A DNA stretch of 64,000 nucleotides from Hemiscyllium ocellatum (GCF_020745735.1 NC_083435.1:31185231-31249230), one strand, 5' to 3'; positions 12,585-25,886 are shown, counted from the stretch's first letter. Numbers and translations are program-made. The notes: generated by a model not told the origin, from the sequence alone.

Positions 12585-13021
12585 NNNNNNNNNNNNNNNN
12601 NNNNNNNNNNNNNNNNNNNNNNNNNNNNNNNNNNNNNNNNNNNNNNNNNNNNNNNNNNNNNNNNNNNNNNNNNNNNNNNNNNNNNNNNNNNNNNNNNNNN
12701 NNNNNNNNNNNNNNNNNNNNNNNNNNNNNNNNNNNNNNNNNNNNNNNNNNNNNNNNNNNNNNNNNNNNNNNNNNNNNNNNNNNNNNNNNNNNNNNNNNNN
12801 NNNNNNNNNNNNNNNNNNNNNNNNNNNNNNNNNNNNNNNNNNNNNNNNNNNNNNNNNNNNNNNNNNNNNNNNNNNNNNNNNNNNNNNNNNNNNNNNNNNN
12901 NNNNNNNNNNNNNNNNNNNNNNNNNNNNNNNNNNNNNNNNNNNNNNNNNNNNNNNNNNNNNNNNNNNNNNNNNNNNNNNNNNNNNNNNNNNNNNNNNNNN
13001 NNNNNNNNNNNNNNNNNNNNN
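12585..13021. other. Assembly gap flanked by C/CA-rich low-complexity sequence
   Basis: N run within cacacacattccccc repeats. Confidence 0.95.
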
Positions 13022-13241
13022 TACACACATACCCCCCCACCTACACACACATTCCCCCCCCCCACCTCCCCACCACTACAATGCGGCGCTCCCTCTGCTC
13101 TGCACTGCCGGTAGTTTCTGTCTCTTGTCTGCATGTAGTGTCGGGCCCCGGTCTGATTGCTGGACTTTTCATGAACAAAGTTGCTGACAATCGCCTCTCT
13201 GTACCTCTTCCCCCACCCCTCACCCCGACTCCCCTCTGCAG

Positions 13242-13376
13242 GTGACGCCCACGGCCACGATCACTCCCACGTGATGTCTGTCGGCCTCTGGGTCCTCTGT
13301 GGAATCATCGCCTTCCTCGTGGTGGAGAAGTTTGTGCGACACGTGAAAGGGGGTCACGGTCACAGTCATTCTCACG
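13242..13376 (+). CDS. SLC39A7: ZIP7 exon 4
   Basis: [45 protein letters not shown]. ctgcag acceptor and gtgcgt donor; 135 nt, phase 1-1. Confidence 0.95.
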
Positions 13377-13817
13377 GTGCGTTGTGGGGAGCGTGTTCGC
13401 CATCTGGGTGGGCGGGGGCGCCTCCCTTTTGTTGCGCGAGGGGTTGCAGAGCTGGAAGGAGAGGGATTGAACTCTGGAGAAACCGCCGTGTGCTCTGAGT
13501 CTCCCACGCTTGCTGCCCCATCTGTCCTGGCCCTCGAACTGAGTGGCCAGCTGAACCGTTTCACGTTGCTGTGGGCCTGGAGTCATGTAGAGCAGGTGGT
13601 GGCTGTGAACCACTCCGGCTGTGACGGCCACCGCTGGGACTGGCAGCCACGTTCAGTTGTGTCAATCAAACTTGCATCCCTTCGGTCACCGTGACGAGAC
13701 TGGACTCTGTGTTCCCCAGGGCGTTGAACCTGACCTTCTGGTTTACTCATCCCAACGGTGTCCGCACGAAGTCGTCAGTGGCTTGGCTGCTCCTTATCTG
13801 GGTTTCTGCCTCAGTCG

Positions 13818-14235
13818 TAGAGAGATACACAGCACGGAAACATCCATGCTGACCAGATATCCCAACCTAATCTAGTCCCGTTTGCCAGCACTTGGCCCAT
13901 TTCCCGCTCAACCCTTCCTATTCATGTCCCCATCCAGATGCCTTTTCGATGCTGTAATTGTACCAGCCTCCACCACTTCCTCTGGCAGCTCATTCCATAC
14001 ACGTACCACCCTCTGCGTGAAATTGTTGCCCTTAAGTCCCTTTTATATCTTTCCCCTCTCACCCCAAACCTATGCCCTTGAGTTTTGGACTCCCCTACCA
14101 CAGGGAAAAGACCTTGTCTATTTATCCTATCCACGCCCCTCATAAACCTCCATAAGGTCACCCCTCAGCCTCCGACGTTTCAGGGAAAACAGTCCCGGCC
14201 TGTTCAGCCCCTTCCCTGCAGCTCAAACCCTGCAA
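13818..14235 (-). mobile_element. CR1 LINE 3' end
   Basis: MRGVDRINRQGLFPVVGESKTQGHRF plus the CR1 3' UTR. Confidence 0.85.
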
Positions 14236-14604
14236 CTGTTTAGACTGTGAACGGGCTGAACGACATGAATAACGTCTCAGGGTGGCGGGAGGAGGAGGGA
14301 GGAAGGAGGAAAGGAAGAGAGAGAGTGAGAGGCAGAAGATTTAAAACAAAAAGTGAATATCGCTCATTTCATGCTGACCCCTTATTTTGGAACTGTGACC
14401 TTGGGGCTAGATTTCCCCATGAAGGGAAGCCCCCTCTCTGCTTCTGTCCAGCCCAAATGCTCTCCAAATCGTACATGTTTGAAGAAGATCACCTCCATTC
14501 TTTTGAGTTCCAGATTCATTCCAAACTGTTTACACCTAAGGCAGGTTGTTTCTGTTACGTGGCACTTGGTTAGAACTGGAAAATGCTAGTTGCCGATAGA
14601 GTCA

Positions 14605-15402
14605 ACAAGCAAACAGCCCCATCGGTTCAACCTTTTCGAGCCAACCAGATATCCTCCATTAGTCTAGTTCCATTTCCCAGCATTTGGCCCCTATCCCTCC
14701 AAACCCTTCCTATTCATATACCCATCCAGATGCGTTTTAAATGCTGTAACTGTACCAGCCTCCGCCACTTCCTCTGGCAGCTCATTCCATACACGTACCA
14801 CCCTCTGCGTGAAAGGTTGTCCCTCTGGTCCTTTTAAAATCTTGCCCCCCCCTCACTTTAAACCTACATCATCTAGTTTTGGCTATTCACCTTATCCATG
14901 CCCGTCATGATTTTATAAACCTCAATAAGATCCTCCCTGTGTCTCTGACCCTCCAGGGTGAAAAAGTCCCATGCTTCTTCAGCCTCTCACTGTAGCTCAA
15001 ACCCTCCAACCCTGGCAACATCGTTGTAAATATTTTCTGCACCCTCTCAAATTTAACAGCATCCTTTCAAAGCAAGGAGAGCAGATTTGAATGCTGTATT
15101 CCAAAAGTGGCCTCACCAATGCCCTATACAGCTGCAACGTGAACTCCTAACTCCTACATGCAATGCACTGACCAATAAAGGCAAGTGTACCAAACACCTT
15201 CACCCTATCTACCGATGACCCCACTTTTAAGGAACTTTGCACCTGCACCCAGTCTCTTTGTTCAGCATCACTCCCCAGGGCCCTTTTATTAACTGTAAAT
15301 CCTGCCCTGGTTTGCCTTACCAAATTGCAACGCCTTGCATTGAACTAAATCAAACTCCCATCTGCCACACCTCAGCCCACTGGCCCATCTGATCAAGGTC
15401 CG
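14605..15402 (-). mobile_element. CR1 LINE 3' fragment
   Basis: Same family sequence as 4728-5725. Confidence 0.85.
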
Positions 15403-15534
15403 TTTGAAAATTCCCCAGATTACTGGGAAGTCGGGGTACAGCTGGCTACTGGATACAGAGGGGTAGGGGAGTGGGGTGCAACTAAAGTGTTTGTGCCAAT
15501 AACACCCTAATGGTGTTAGATTAAATACTGTAAA

Positions 15535-16150
15535 AGGAGATTTACTTTGTATCTAACTCCATGCTGTCCCTGTCCTCGAACTGTTTGATGGGGACATCTT
15601 GAGAAAGCTTTACATTCATTTTAAGAGTAGAGATCCCTCTAACTCTGTATCTAACCCCGTGCTGTCCCTGTCCTGGGAGTGTTTGATGGGGTCAGTGTAG
15701 AGAGAGCTTTACTCTGTATCTAACCCCGTGCTGTCCCTGTCCTGGGAGGGTTTGATGGGGTCAGTGTAGAGGGAGCTTTATTCTGTATCTAACCCCGTGC
15801 TGTCCCTGTCCTGGGAGTGTTTGATGGGGTCAGTGTAGAGGGAGCTTTATTCTGTATCTAACCCCGTGCTGTCCCTGTCCTGGGAGGGTTTGATGGGGTC
15901 AGTGTAGAGGGAGCTTTATTCTGTATCTAACCCCGTGCTGTCCCTGTCCTGGGAGTGTTTGATGGGGTCAGTGTAGAGGGAGCTTTATTATGTATCTAAC
16001 CCCGTGCTGTCCCTGTCCTGGGAGTGTTTGATGGGGGGACAGTGTAGAGGGAGCTTTACCCTGTATCTAACCCCGTGCTGTCCCTGTCCCTGTCCCTGGG
16101 AGTGTTTGATGGGGAACAGTGTAGAGAGGGTTTACTCTGTATCTAACCCC
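15535..16150. repeat. 69-bp minisatellite (CTGTATCTAACCCCGTGCTGTCCCTGTCCTGGGAGTGTTTGATGGGGTCAGTGTAGAGGGAGCTTTATT)
   Basis: Period of 69 (15711, 15780, 15849...), about 8 units. Confidence 0.95.
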
Positions 16151-16217
16151 CTGATCGGGGAAGCACTCAGATGCTGGGGCTCTCAGCCTTTGACGCTCTC
16201 TCTTACTGATCCTCCAG

Positions 16218-16358
16218 CTGCTGCTCCGAAGGTAAAGGAGAGCTCCGAGGAGGAGGAGAAGGACAACAACAAACATGGTGAACCGAGGCCGGGCAGCAGG
16301 CGCCGGAAACCTGAAAACCCCCGCACCAAGAGTGAAGCTGCCAAGGCACCGGGACAGG
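16218..16358 (+). CDS. SLC39A7: ZIP7 exon 5 (cytosolic loop, AAPKVKESSEEEEK...)
   Basis: cctccag acceptor and gtgagt donor; 141 nt, phase 1-1. Retains SSEEEE, the CK2-site motif of human ZIP7. Confidence 0.93.
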
Positions 16359-16371
16359 GTGAGTACCATGA

Positions 16372-16403
<32 letters not shown>

Positions 16404-16723
16404 CGCCCCAGACTCTAGGGTGGGTGGGGTCTGGGGGTGTAGTTGGAGGTGGGTGAGGTCAGGCAGGGTTAAGGGTGGGCAGGGTTGGGGTGGGTGGGGC
16501 TACGGGTGGGTGGGGTTGGAGGTGGGCAGGGCTTGGGGGGGTATGAGGAGGGTGGGCGGGGCTGGGGACATGGTTGGAGGAGGCTGGGCGCAGCAGTGGG
16601 CAGGGCTGGAGGTGAGGTTATGCCGCACGGTGGACCCCGGGGGGACACAGCAGGTCTGCACTGAGCACTGTCTCTCAGAGCGTCTCTCTCTCTCCCTCTC
16701 TCTCCCACCCCCACCCCCCGCAG

Positions 16724-16926
16724 TCTCGGACATCAAAGTGTCGGGATACCTGAACCTGGCGGCTGACTTCACCCACAACTTCACCGACGGCCTGGCGATT
16801 GGCGCCTCATTCCTGGTCAGCACCAACGTGGGCATCATCACTACCATCACCATCCTGCTCCACGAAATACCGCACGAGATTGGAGACTTTGCCATCCTGG
16901 TGCAGTCCGGCTGCAGCAAGCACAAA
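16724..16926 (+). CDS. SLC39A7: ZIP7 exon 6
   Basis: [25 protein letters not shown] and the LIV-1 signature [17 protein letters not shown]. 203 nt, phase 1-0. Confidence 0.97.
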
Positions 16927-17254
16927 GTGAGTGTCGCTGGGTAGCGTCTCCCCCTGGAGTCGGTCTTAATACGAGACCTGTTCTTCCCCCCCAACCCCGG
17001 TCTGTGACGCGGACCAACGCTGGCTCCACATGACAGCCACGACCCTGACTTGAATATTCTCACCTCGCTGATTAGTTACCCCCTGCCCTGCGGCCTTGTA
17101 TCTCCCTCCTGAATTGTCTGGATAATCTCCACCAACTGCATGTTCCAACCCAGATCTCTACACTCCTCGATTTCCACCCACCTCCACTTCTCTTCCCACC
17201 CACCGATTTTAATCGCTGCGATGTCGGTGGCTGTGCCTTCAGCTGCCTAGAATC

Positions 17255-17587
17255 TTAGAATCCCCACAGTGTGGAAACAGGCCCTTCAGCCCAACAAGTC
17301 CACACTGACCCTCCGAGGAGTATCCCACCCAGACTCTTTTCCCCTATTACTCTACATTTACCCCTGATCGATGTACCTAACCTACACATCCCTAAACACT
17401 GTGGGGCAATTTAGCATGGCCAGTCCATCCTAACCTGCACATCTTTGGACTGTGGGAGGAAACCGGAGCACCCGGAGGGAACCCAAGCAGACACTGGGAC
17501 AATGTGCAAACTCCACACAGACAGTTGCCCAAGGTTGGAATCGAACCTGGTGCTGTGAGGCAGCAGTGCTAACCATTGTGCCACCCT
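17255..17587 (-). mobile_element. HE1-like SINE
   Basis: Full reverse-complement SINE body. Confidence 0.85.
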
Positions 17588-18539
17588 TGGCTCCAATCTC
17601 TGGGATTCCTTCCCAAAACCCCTCAGCCTGGCTCTTCTTAATAAAGACAACCCTACTCCTGGGCCTGGTTAGGTTGGTTTTAACAGGTATGTGTCGCGGG
17701 CTGTGGAGAGATTCATCTCTGCCAACTGCGTGTCTTTCTTACATAGTTCCACTCATGTCTGGGTCTCCATGATGGTGGGGGGGGTGTGAGTGAGAGACAG
17801 ACATGCAGTGTCCCTCCAGTGCTCTCACTGACTTTAGACAGTGTGTGGTGGGCACTGCCGTGGGGGGGTGGGGAGGGTTTAGTAGTGCTTATTTCCGCCG
17901 CCTCCAGTTCCATTTTGATTTCGCCCCTTCCCAATCTCCCTCACTGTCCCTGGTTTTTTGCATCCCCTTTAACAGGCTTTAGTTGTTAGTTAATTGGCCT
18001 CATGGGGTGTTTTACTGGTGCTGGCGGCTAGCAGTTTGAAATTAAAAAATCGCAGTAATTTGGTGGTGGGGAGGTCGTGTGTGATAGCATTTCGGGGTTT
18101 ACGGAAAAAAAATAAAAAGCAGTCCGTAACACTGTGATCACCTGCCCAAGTCCCTCGCTTCTCTGTGACTAAATTGTTGAATGATGCAGCACGCAAAGAA
18201 GGTCATTGGGCCATTCTGCAAGTACTCTCGGGAGCTACCAACCAGTCCTATTTCCCTGCTCTTTTCCAGTATTATTTTCTCCCCCCTTCCAGTATTTAAT
18301 GGTAGTCATAGCATCATCCAGCACGGAAACAAACCCTTCGGTCAAACTCGTCCAAGCCAACCAAGTTTCCCAACCTAAACTAGTCCCACTTACCCACACT
18401 TGGTGCATAACTCTCAACCTTCCCGATTCATATCCAAATGCCTTTTAAATGCTGTAACTGTATCTGCTTGGCTGTTCACTTTATCTGTGCCCCTCATGAT
18501 TTTAGAAACATCTGAGGTCACCCCTCAGCCGCCTCCAAG

Positions 18540-18570
<31 letters not shown>

Positions 18571-21104
18571 GCATGCAGAAAGGGAGAGAGAGAAACTCTG
18601 GGGACGACAGAGTGAAGAGAAATATCTCAGAGAGGATCAGAAGGACAGAGAGAGAGAGAGAGAGAAATGCCCAGTGAGAGACAAAGAAGGACAGAGAGAA
18701 ACATAACTCTAGACTGGAGAGAGAAGTCGAGGCAAACAGAACAGTCGAGAGAGTGTAAACTCCAGGGCAAGATGAGAAAAGGACAGAGACAGTAACTTTT
18801 AGGGAGGAACCAGCAACAGGGATATGGACAGAGCAAAACCCCGAAGAGAGAAGGAACAGGGTAGGGGCGCGGGAGAGAATAAAATAAAAAAAACCCAAGG
18901 TTAAAGACAGAAGGACAGACACAGGGAGGAAGTGGGAAACCACGGAGAGACCGAGAAAAGGACAGACATGGAGGGAGACAGAGACACATAGATGTGGAGA
19001 GAGACAGAAATCCAGGGAGAAAATGAGAGAAGAGCAGCCACATCAATATCTAAACAACAGCAGAGGGCTAGTGATGGACAGAGAGATCGAGGATAGTGTT
19101 CAGTAGGTAGAATGATCCTCAGTCAGGTTGTGGGAGGTCTCACAGGGTTGAGAGAGAAAGGTGTGCAGGGAGATTGGAAAGATTGAATGATTAAAAGTGA
19201 GGAAGCAGAGGGTTGTAGGAACAAAATCTGCAGGGGAATGTGAACACAAAGATGTGGAAAGATGGGTGAGAGACGGGCAGGAGTACGGAAGCAGAGATGA
19301 GCGCTGTAGTGAGAGACTGAGGTGGTGAAAGCTGTGGGATCAGACTAAGGTCTGTGCAGCAGCCCCACCCTCCCATGCCTTCCTGCTCCTTTGTCTCCCC
19401 CTTGTGGCTAAAAATAGCAGAGTTGTGTGCCCAAGAGAGCAGGTGAATAGCCAGGGGCCTGCAGCATGGTTCAGTCCATGAGCTTTGTGCAACTCCCTCT
19501 GCACAAACCGCCCGTGTTGGAGCGTTACAGCAACAGTGGCTGCTGCACCCCGAGGTGCAGAATTACACTGTGAGTGAATCGGAGATGTGTCATGTGATGA
19601 CTAAAAGGTTGGCACCTCCGATGCCTCTGAGTGGGGGTACATGCGCCCAAGGAATGTGCCTGAGATGTTGGTGCCTCACCTGGAGATCCTTGTGAGCAAG
19701 CCGCCAGTTGAAGAGTTCTTGGCGTGCGTTTGGCAGGGCAGGGAGATCCACATGAATGAGGTAAATAAGGTCATGAAGAAACAATAATCCCCCTTAATAA
19801 CCACTACCTAATGAGAATCTCATCCTCGGTGCCCAGAACATAATTACAATTCTCGGGGGATTCTTCTGGCCATCAAAATGGGCCTAAGGAGACTCCTTGC
19901 GCAGTTCTGTCACATTGCTCCCATCAGCTGACCTTGTTCAGGCCCCTCGATGACTTCCGTCCATTAACTCCACCATTTTCTCTTTGTTGATGCTGCCTGA
20001 GGTGTGTGTAAGGAGACAGGCCGATTTATTGTCATGCTTTCTCTGGGGTTCCAGCCCTTGTCTGAGGATTCCACGGTGCAGGACGATCTGATTCTCTCTC
20101 TGTCTCCTCAATGTCCAAGCTCTAGGTCCTGACTCCAGTGTGGGCCCCACTGTGGGGAATCCACTGTTGTACGTTCCCATTGAAGCTGCTTCCACCGTCT
20201 TTTCAGTTGGTGGGTGTCCAACCATGGCCCTCTGCTTTTAAAAGCAACCTTTTCTTGCATTTCTGTCCCTCCCTCCCTCCCTCCCTCCCTCCCTCCAGTT
20301 CTTTTGCCAGTCAGTTGCTTGTAATCTGTGACCCTTTAGCTTGCTAGCTCTTCTGGCACTGAGCTCGGTTGCTCCTTGGTGGCTTGATCGCAGCCCCCTC
20401 GTAACTCTATATGCTTTTAAATCTCCCCTCAGTCCTCTCTGCGTTGAGCAGAACTCGATGTTCCCCACTGGAATCACCTCACCCACAGTGAAATTTCCCT
20501 GGGTAGACCAGATCTTGAACGGTTGCTGGAAAGTGAGGCTTCCCACATTTTATCACATCTTCCTTTTGAAATCTGGCTGGGATCGAACCCGGGTCCCTGG
20601 TGCTGTGAGGCAGCAGTGTTAACCACTGAACCACCCCAGTTGAGGTCAAACCGATAATTGATAAAGTTTGAGTAAAGGGCTGGTGGCTTTTCCCCAGGGA
20701 TTTCAAGACAAGTTTTTAAAGTGAGAGGAGAAAGATTTTTAAAAGAAATGCAAGAGCAGCAATTTTTTTTTTAAACAGGCTGGTTCATGTGTGGAACGAA
20801 CTTCCTGAGGAAGTGGTGGGTGCAGGTACAGTGATAACGTTTGAAAGACATTTGGGTAAGTTCAGGAATGATAACTGTTTTGGAGGGAAATGGGTCAAGA
20901 ACAGGAATGATGCGACTGGTTTAGTTTGGATCAAATTGGACCAAAGGCTTGCTTTCCGTGCTGCACGACTCTGAATGTTTTTTTTGTTGTTCACACAGAG
21001 GACGGTGTGTGTATGTGATGAGCAGCCAGAGGAAGCTGGTACAATTACAACATTCATTTAAAAGGCATCTGGATGGGTATATGACGGGTTTAAGAGGGAT
21101 ATGG

Positions 21105-21260
21105 CGAAAGTGAGGTCTGGAGATCAGAGACGAGAGTGGGGATGCTGGAAAAGCACAGCAGGTCAGGCAGCACCCGCGGAGCAGGAGAGTTGCTTTATGC
21201 CCTAAAAGGTTGATTCTCCTGCTTCTGGGATGCTGCGCTTTTCCAGCATCCCACACTCCA
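21105..21260. mobile_element. Penelope-type fold-back element within a CR1 3' fragment
   Basis: gatgctggaaaagc / gcttttccagcatc inverted arms; same family as 4813-4979. Confidence 0.6.
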
Positions 21261-21376
21261 CATTAGAGGGAAATGGGACTAGGTTAGGTTTGGATATCTG
21301 GTTGGCACGAGCGACATGGACTGAAGGGTCTGTACATCTCAATGACTCCTCTCATGCGTGTCTCTCTCTCTCTCAG

Positions 21377-21628
21377 GCCATGATGCTGCAGCTGATCACC
21401 GCTGTGGGTGCCCTGGCCGGCACTGCCTGCTCACTGATGGCGGAGGGGATCGGCGAGGCTGCCACCGCCTGGATCCTGCCGTTCACCGCTGGGGGCTTCG
21501 TCTACATCGCCACTGTCTCGGTGATTCCGGAGCTGCTGGACGACTCGAAACCGCTGCAGTCGCTGCTGGAGATCGTCGCTCTGCTGGTCGGGGTCCTCAT
21601 GATGGTCCTGATCGCCGAGTACGAGTAG
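21377..21628 (+). CDS. SLC39A7: ZIP7 last coding exon
   Basis: [18 protein letters not shown]...[23 protein letters not shown]...MMVLIAEYE*. (tc)n-cag acceptor. Confidence 0.97.
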   Translation, partial: AMMLQLITAVGALAGTACSLMAEGIGEAATAWILPFTAGGFVYIATVSVIPELLDDSKPLQSLLEIVALLVGVLMMVLIAEYE

Positions 21629-22697
21629 GATGGTGGGGGGGAGTGGAGGCGCTGGGCCAGGGGCATTGGGTTGTGCGGGGTATACGCACACCCACAGACA
21701 GAGGGAGAGAGAAAGGGAATCTGCGAGGGCCACTGGGCAGAAGGTGAAACATAAATAATAGGAACCACTAGGATGGAGGGCTGCAGCAAGTCACGCAGCC
21801 CCCTTCCCCCCCACAAACTCCTGCAAACCGGGACTCCTCCTGGTGGAGTTCACGCTCAGGAGTGGCAATGTTTCTCAGCTGATAATCAGTTTTATATATA
21901 AATATTATTTTTTTTTAAAAAGAAATTGTCATTGTACCGGTCTGGGTGAGAGTCCAGATCCTTCCAACCAGACGTTGCTGTTTCACTGAATGCATTCGCT
22001 GGGACAAGAACAGGGAAGGGGGGAGGTCTCGCTGGTGTTAACTGACCCTGTCCAGCCTCCCTTGTTTCTCTCTTTTTTTTCCCTTCTTGCACACGTTGCC
22101 TGGAAAATCCGTCGTAGGGTCCAAAGCGCTACGTGGCTTGGGCCCCCCCAGCTCACTTCCTATCGTATCAGGAATCCAAAAAACACACTCGTAGCGAACT
22201 CTCGAGTATTGGAAGTGGACTCCATGTACGGGGAGTGTTGGGCTGGGGAAGGCGGGGGTGCGGGAGAGGTCGCTGTAAAGACTCTGGCTGCATTCACGTC
22301 CCCCTCCCCAAGGATGGCTCCAGCAAAGGGAAACTCTGATGTGTATCTCCCACCCCCTCCCCCTTCCAATTCTTACTGGTAATTGTGCATTCCACACCAA
22401 AGTCGTCTCGTTTCTAGTGAATGGGAGGTGGAGGAGAAAACTGACAAACATGTGGAAATTTAACCCAGCGCCCCACAGCCAGGTGAGCGGAGAGTTGGGT
22501 TCAAATTGCTCCGTGTATATACATACCGTAACTTTTTTTTTGTGAAAGTGTAGTTTTTCATTTTTGTTTTTAATTGCTGTAATCTGACTCCGTGTAGGAG
22601 CTGCATTGGAAGAGAATCATGGCTACAATTATTTGGGTTTACCTGTCATCATATCCTTTTGCCGCACAAGTCCTGTATCAACGGCTCGAAAATGATT

Positions 22698-22711
22698 AAT
22701 AAAAAAATAAA
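22698..22711 (+). terminator. Probable SLC39A7 polyadenylation signals (2x AATAAA)
   Basis: Tandem AATAAA about 1.07 kb after the stop, preceded by U-rich tracts. Confidence 0.6.
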
Positions 22712-25155
22712 ACTCGATCCTTTTCGATTTGAGGAAACTTGTGTAAAGTAGAATCCACATGCAGACTAGATGGTGAGGAGCTCAAGTTTCCTCCGTTTTC
22801 ACTGACCCTTGCATCCCTTCACCCCATTAAATAACTCCTAGGATTCTGCTGCTCAGAGCAGGGCTTGGGAGATGCAGTACCAGTGAAGGGGCACCAGGGG
22901 GAACAGGAAGAGAAGGAGCCCTGCTGAGCTGGGACAAATGGGAGAAAACTCCTTTCTCAGAAGGGAAGGAAAATGGCTGCTCATGGTTATCTCTGGTATG
23001 ACCAAAGTAGATAATATTACACCCTACCGCAGTTGCAAGCCCTCAGCTGTTCCAACTCACTCCTACACTGCCTCAAATTTTAACCTGAGAGATTCAAGAT
23101 CATCCAGCACTCTGCTGAACGTATTCTAATTTACCCCTAGCTCCCATTCACCCTCTGTTCCTACACTTGTTGGTCAACAGAGTGACACCTTGCTGTTAAA
23201 ATTCTCATGTCGATTTTCAGATCCTTCTGCGCCTTCCCCCGTCTGTGAGATAGCTGCAGCCTGCTTTTCAGCATCTCCAATTTTAGTCTCATAATACGCA
23301 TCATGGCTCTAAGCTTCATCATTCCCTTCCTCAACCTCTCCACTGCCTTCGAGACTCAGCACAGAAACAGACCCTTTGGTCAAACCAGTCTATGCTGACC
23401 ATAATCCCAAAGTCAACTAGCGAAACCTGACAAGTCCCTCCAAACATTTCTTATTCATAAACTTAATTTCTTTTAAACATTCTAACTGCACCCACATCCA
23501 ACATTCCTCTGGAAGTTTATTTCACACACACACCATTTTTATAAATTGTCTGTCGTCTTTAAAATCTTACCGTAATATGACTCCTAGTCTTGAAACCCCC
23601 TACCTTGGGAAAAGACACTTGTTATTCACCTTATCAATACCCCTTATTATTCCATAATCATCTGTAAAAGGTCACCTCTCAATCGTCCAGACTCCAGTGA
23701 AAACAGTCCCAGTCCATCCAGCCCCTCCTTATAACTCAAACCCTCCTGGAAAATCTCTTCTGAACCCTCACCAGCTTAATTATATCCTTCCTAGAAAGGG
23801 AACCAGAGCTGGACACAGTACTCCAGAAGAGGTGTCACCAACAGAATGTTCCAACTCCTACCAAAATGCAAGGTCTCACATTAATCCAAATTAAAATCCA
23901 TTTGCCATTCTTCGGCCCATTGACCTACCTAATCAAGATGTCTTTGTCATCTTAGATCATCACCTTCACTGTCCACGATACCACCAATATAACTTTACCA
24001 TGTGGAACCTTGTGAAAAGCTCTACTGAAGACCAAGTCAACAATGACTCAATAATTTTAACGCCTTAACCCCAGCCAGTGGGACTGAGATATCACAGCTG
24101 GAATCAAATGCCCCCGGTAACACGCTCACAAATTACAAACAGCATAGTAGCAGAAATGTCCTTTTACGTTTTGCTAAATTCAATTAAACGGCACGTAGGC
24201 AAGGAATCATGGAAGAGAACAACAGCCTGACAACAAAGCTTCCAGAAAACTATTTAATTCACTTTCAGAAGCACCAGGAAACAGCAGCTGTCCATGTCTC
24301 AGAAGGATTCTCAGCTGACAGGTTGTTACAGGATCAGCAGAAGTTCCTTATGAATTTCCTACAAATCGAGGACACAGCAGAAACCTATAGATCCAGACAC
24401 TGATTCCCTCGAGTTGGAGTGGTTGAACATATGTAGTGTTGAGATGAAGAGAAGGAGAGAGAGGTATTCCACACAGAATACAAACACCAGCACACACCCA
24501 TTTCTATGCTGCCGACTCCATGCAAGTCGCTGGCGTTGACGCTGGCTTTTGAACACTTCATATCCTCAGCCAGGTTCATGAGTGCAACCCTCTTTACCAC
24601 TGCCTTCAACAGGGAGGTAAGTAGAGACAGTACCAAGCTCGAATGGCCAGGTGTACAGTGCCAGTACAGGGTCCTGCAACCTGCCCAGCTCTGCACCCAT
24701 TCCCCTGTGTAAGAGGAGAGTGGAAATAAATTCAACCTTGATTGGGAAGAGGGTGGTGTTGGTAATATACCCAATCCAGATCCATCAGGAGCGTGCTTGA
24801 GATTGAAGACTGATGAGTGATGCTCCAAGTATTCAAGTAGCCAGTTGACATCAGAAGAGGCCAATTTATGAATGGAGTGACGATGGGTGCGAGTTATTTG
24901 GAGGGGGAGGGGGGGGTGTGGTGTTAGGGGAGGTGAGAAGTGTTGGAGGACCTGGTGTTGGCACAGATACAGACTGGGGTGGAATCCGTCAGGCTGGCCA
25001 CTCTCTGAAGGGACACCTGTACTTGAGCGGATCTGATGCTCCATGTGCAACGCGCCTCCTTGCACGCTATTGACGGGCCGTGGACGCAGCGTCCCAGAAC
25101 GATTCAGACAGGAACGTGAGCGAAGGACGCGCTGGCCCAATCCCCATCCTCCTCG

Positions 25156-25219
25156 TCACCCCAGAAACCTGGACAGGTCTTCTTTGATCTCCGCTTCATC
25201 CCACGGACCGTGGATGTTG
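25156..25219 (-). CDS. PIGC: PIGC coding exon 8 ([21 protein letters not shown])
   Basis: Conserved GPI2/PIG-C C-terminal IHGPWDEA motif; ccccacag acceptor; TGA stop. Confidence 0.96.
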
Positions 25220-25719
25220 CTGTGGGGAAGGCAGAGAGAAGATGGAGTCAGGCATCAGTCAGTGCAACCAGCCTACCCGTGCACAGACAGCACCCCCTGC
25301 CATCCGACCCACGTCACCACAGCAGAGGTGGGCTATTCAACCGGGATTGCGTGGGCAGAAGATCGCGCCAGTTCCCGGTCCTCCACATGTGTGAACAGTC
25401 AGCGACTGGGTCGGCTTCAAAGCTCCAGTGAGTGCAGCCATGTCACCAGATCATGTGAAACAGACGTGGCATTTACAAAGCCTTTCAGAAACCACACAGA
25501 TGTCTCAAAAGTGTTTCCCAGCCAATTATTCAGCTCCAGGATTCTATACCACCCAGCAGTCAGTTCACGCGCAGTGAGCTCCTTCGGCGTTGACCCCCCC
25601 CCCCCCGACGGTGCCGCACCACCCCACCCCCCCCCCTCCTCAGCACTGAACGGATGACCAGAATAAGCCTGACTGGAATTTCGGCCCACACTACGGGTGC
25701 GCTGAACGCTACCACTTAC

Positions 25720-25886
25720 TCTTTCGAGGACTGTAACTTGATGAGGTAGTGAGGACACAGCAAGGCAACTGCTAACAGCAGCAGAGCAAAGAGTACAGCT
25801 CCCGTGAGAGAAACCGTCAGCACTCCCAGCACGGCAGCCAGGGTGAAGATAAGGGTGACCACCAGGTAACAGCGAGGGGTGATTGC
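25720..25886 (-). CDS. PIGC: PIGC coding exon 7
   Basis: AITPRCYLVVTLIF...LLCPHYLIKLQSSK. 167 nt, phase 0-2, gtaagt donor. Confidence 0.93.

Noticed and set aside
12163-13245. Long ORFs of up to 360 aa
   Set aside because: Artefacts of the N gap and C-rich low-complexity sequence.
25043-25657. 204-aa plus-strand ORF
   Set aside because: Antisense to the PIGC last exon and intron, with no recognisable protein features.
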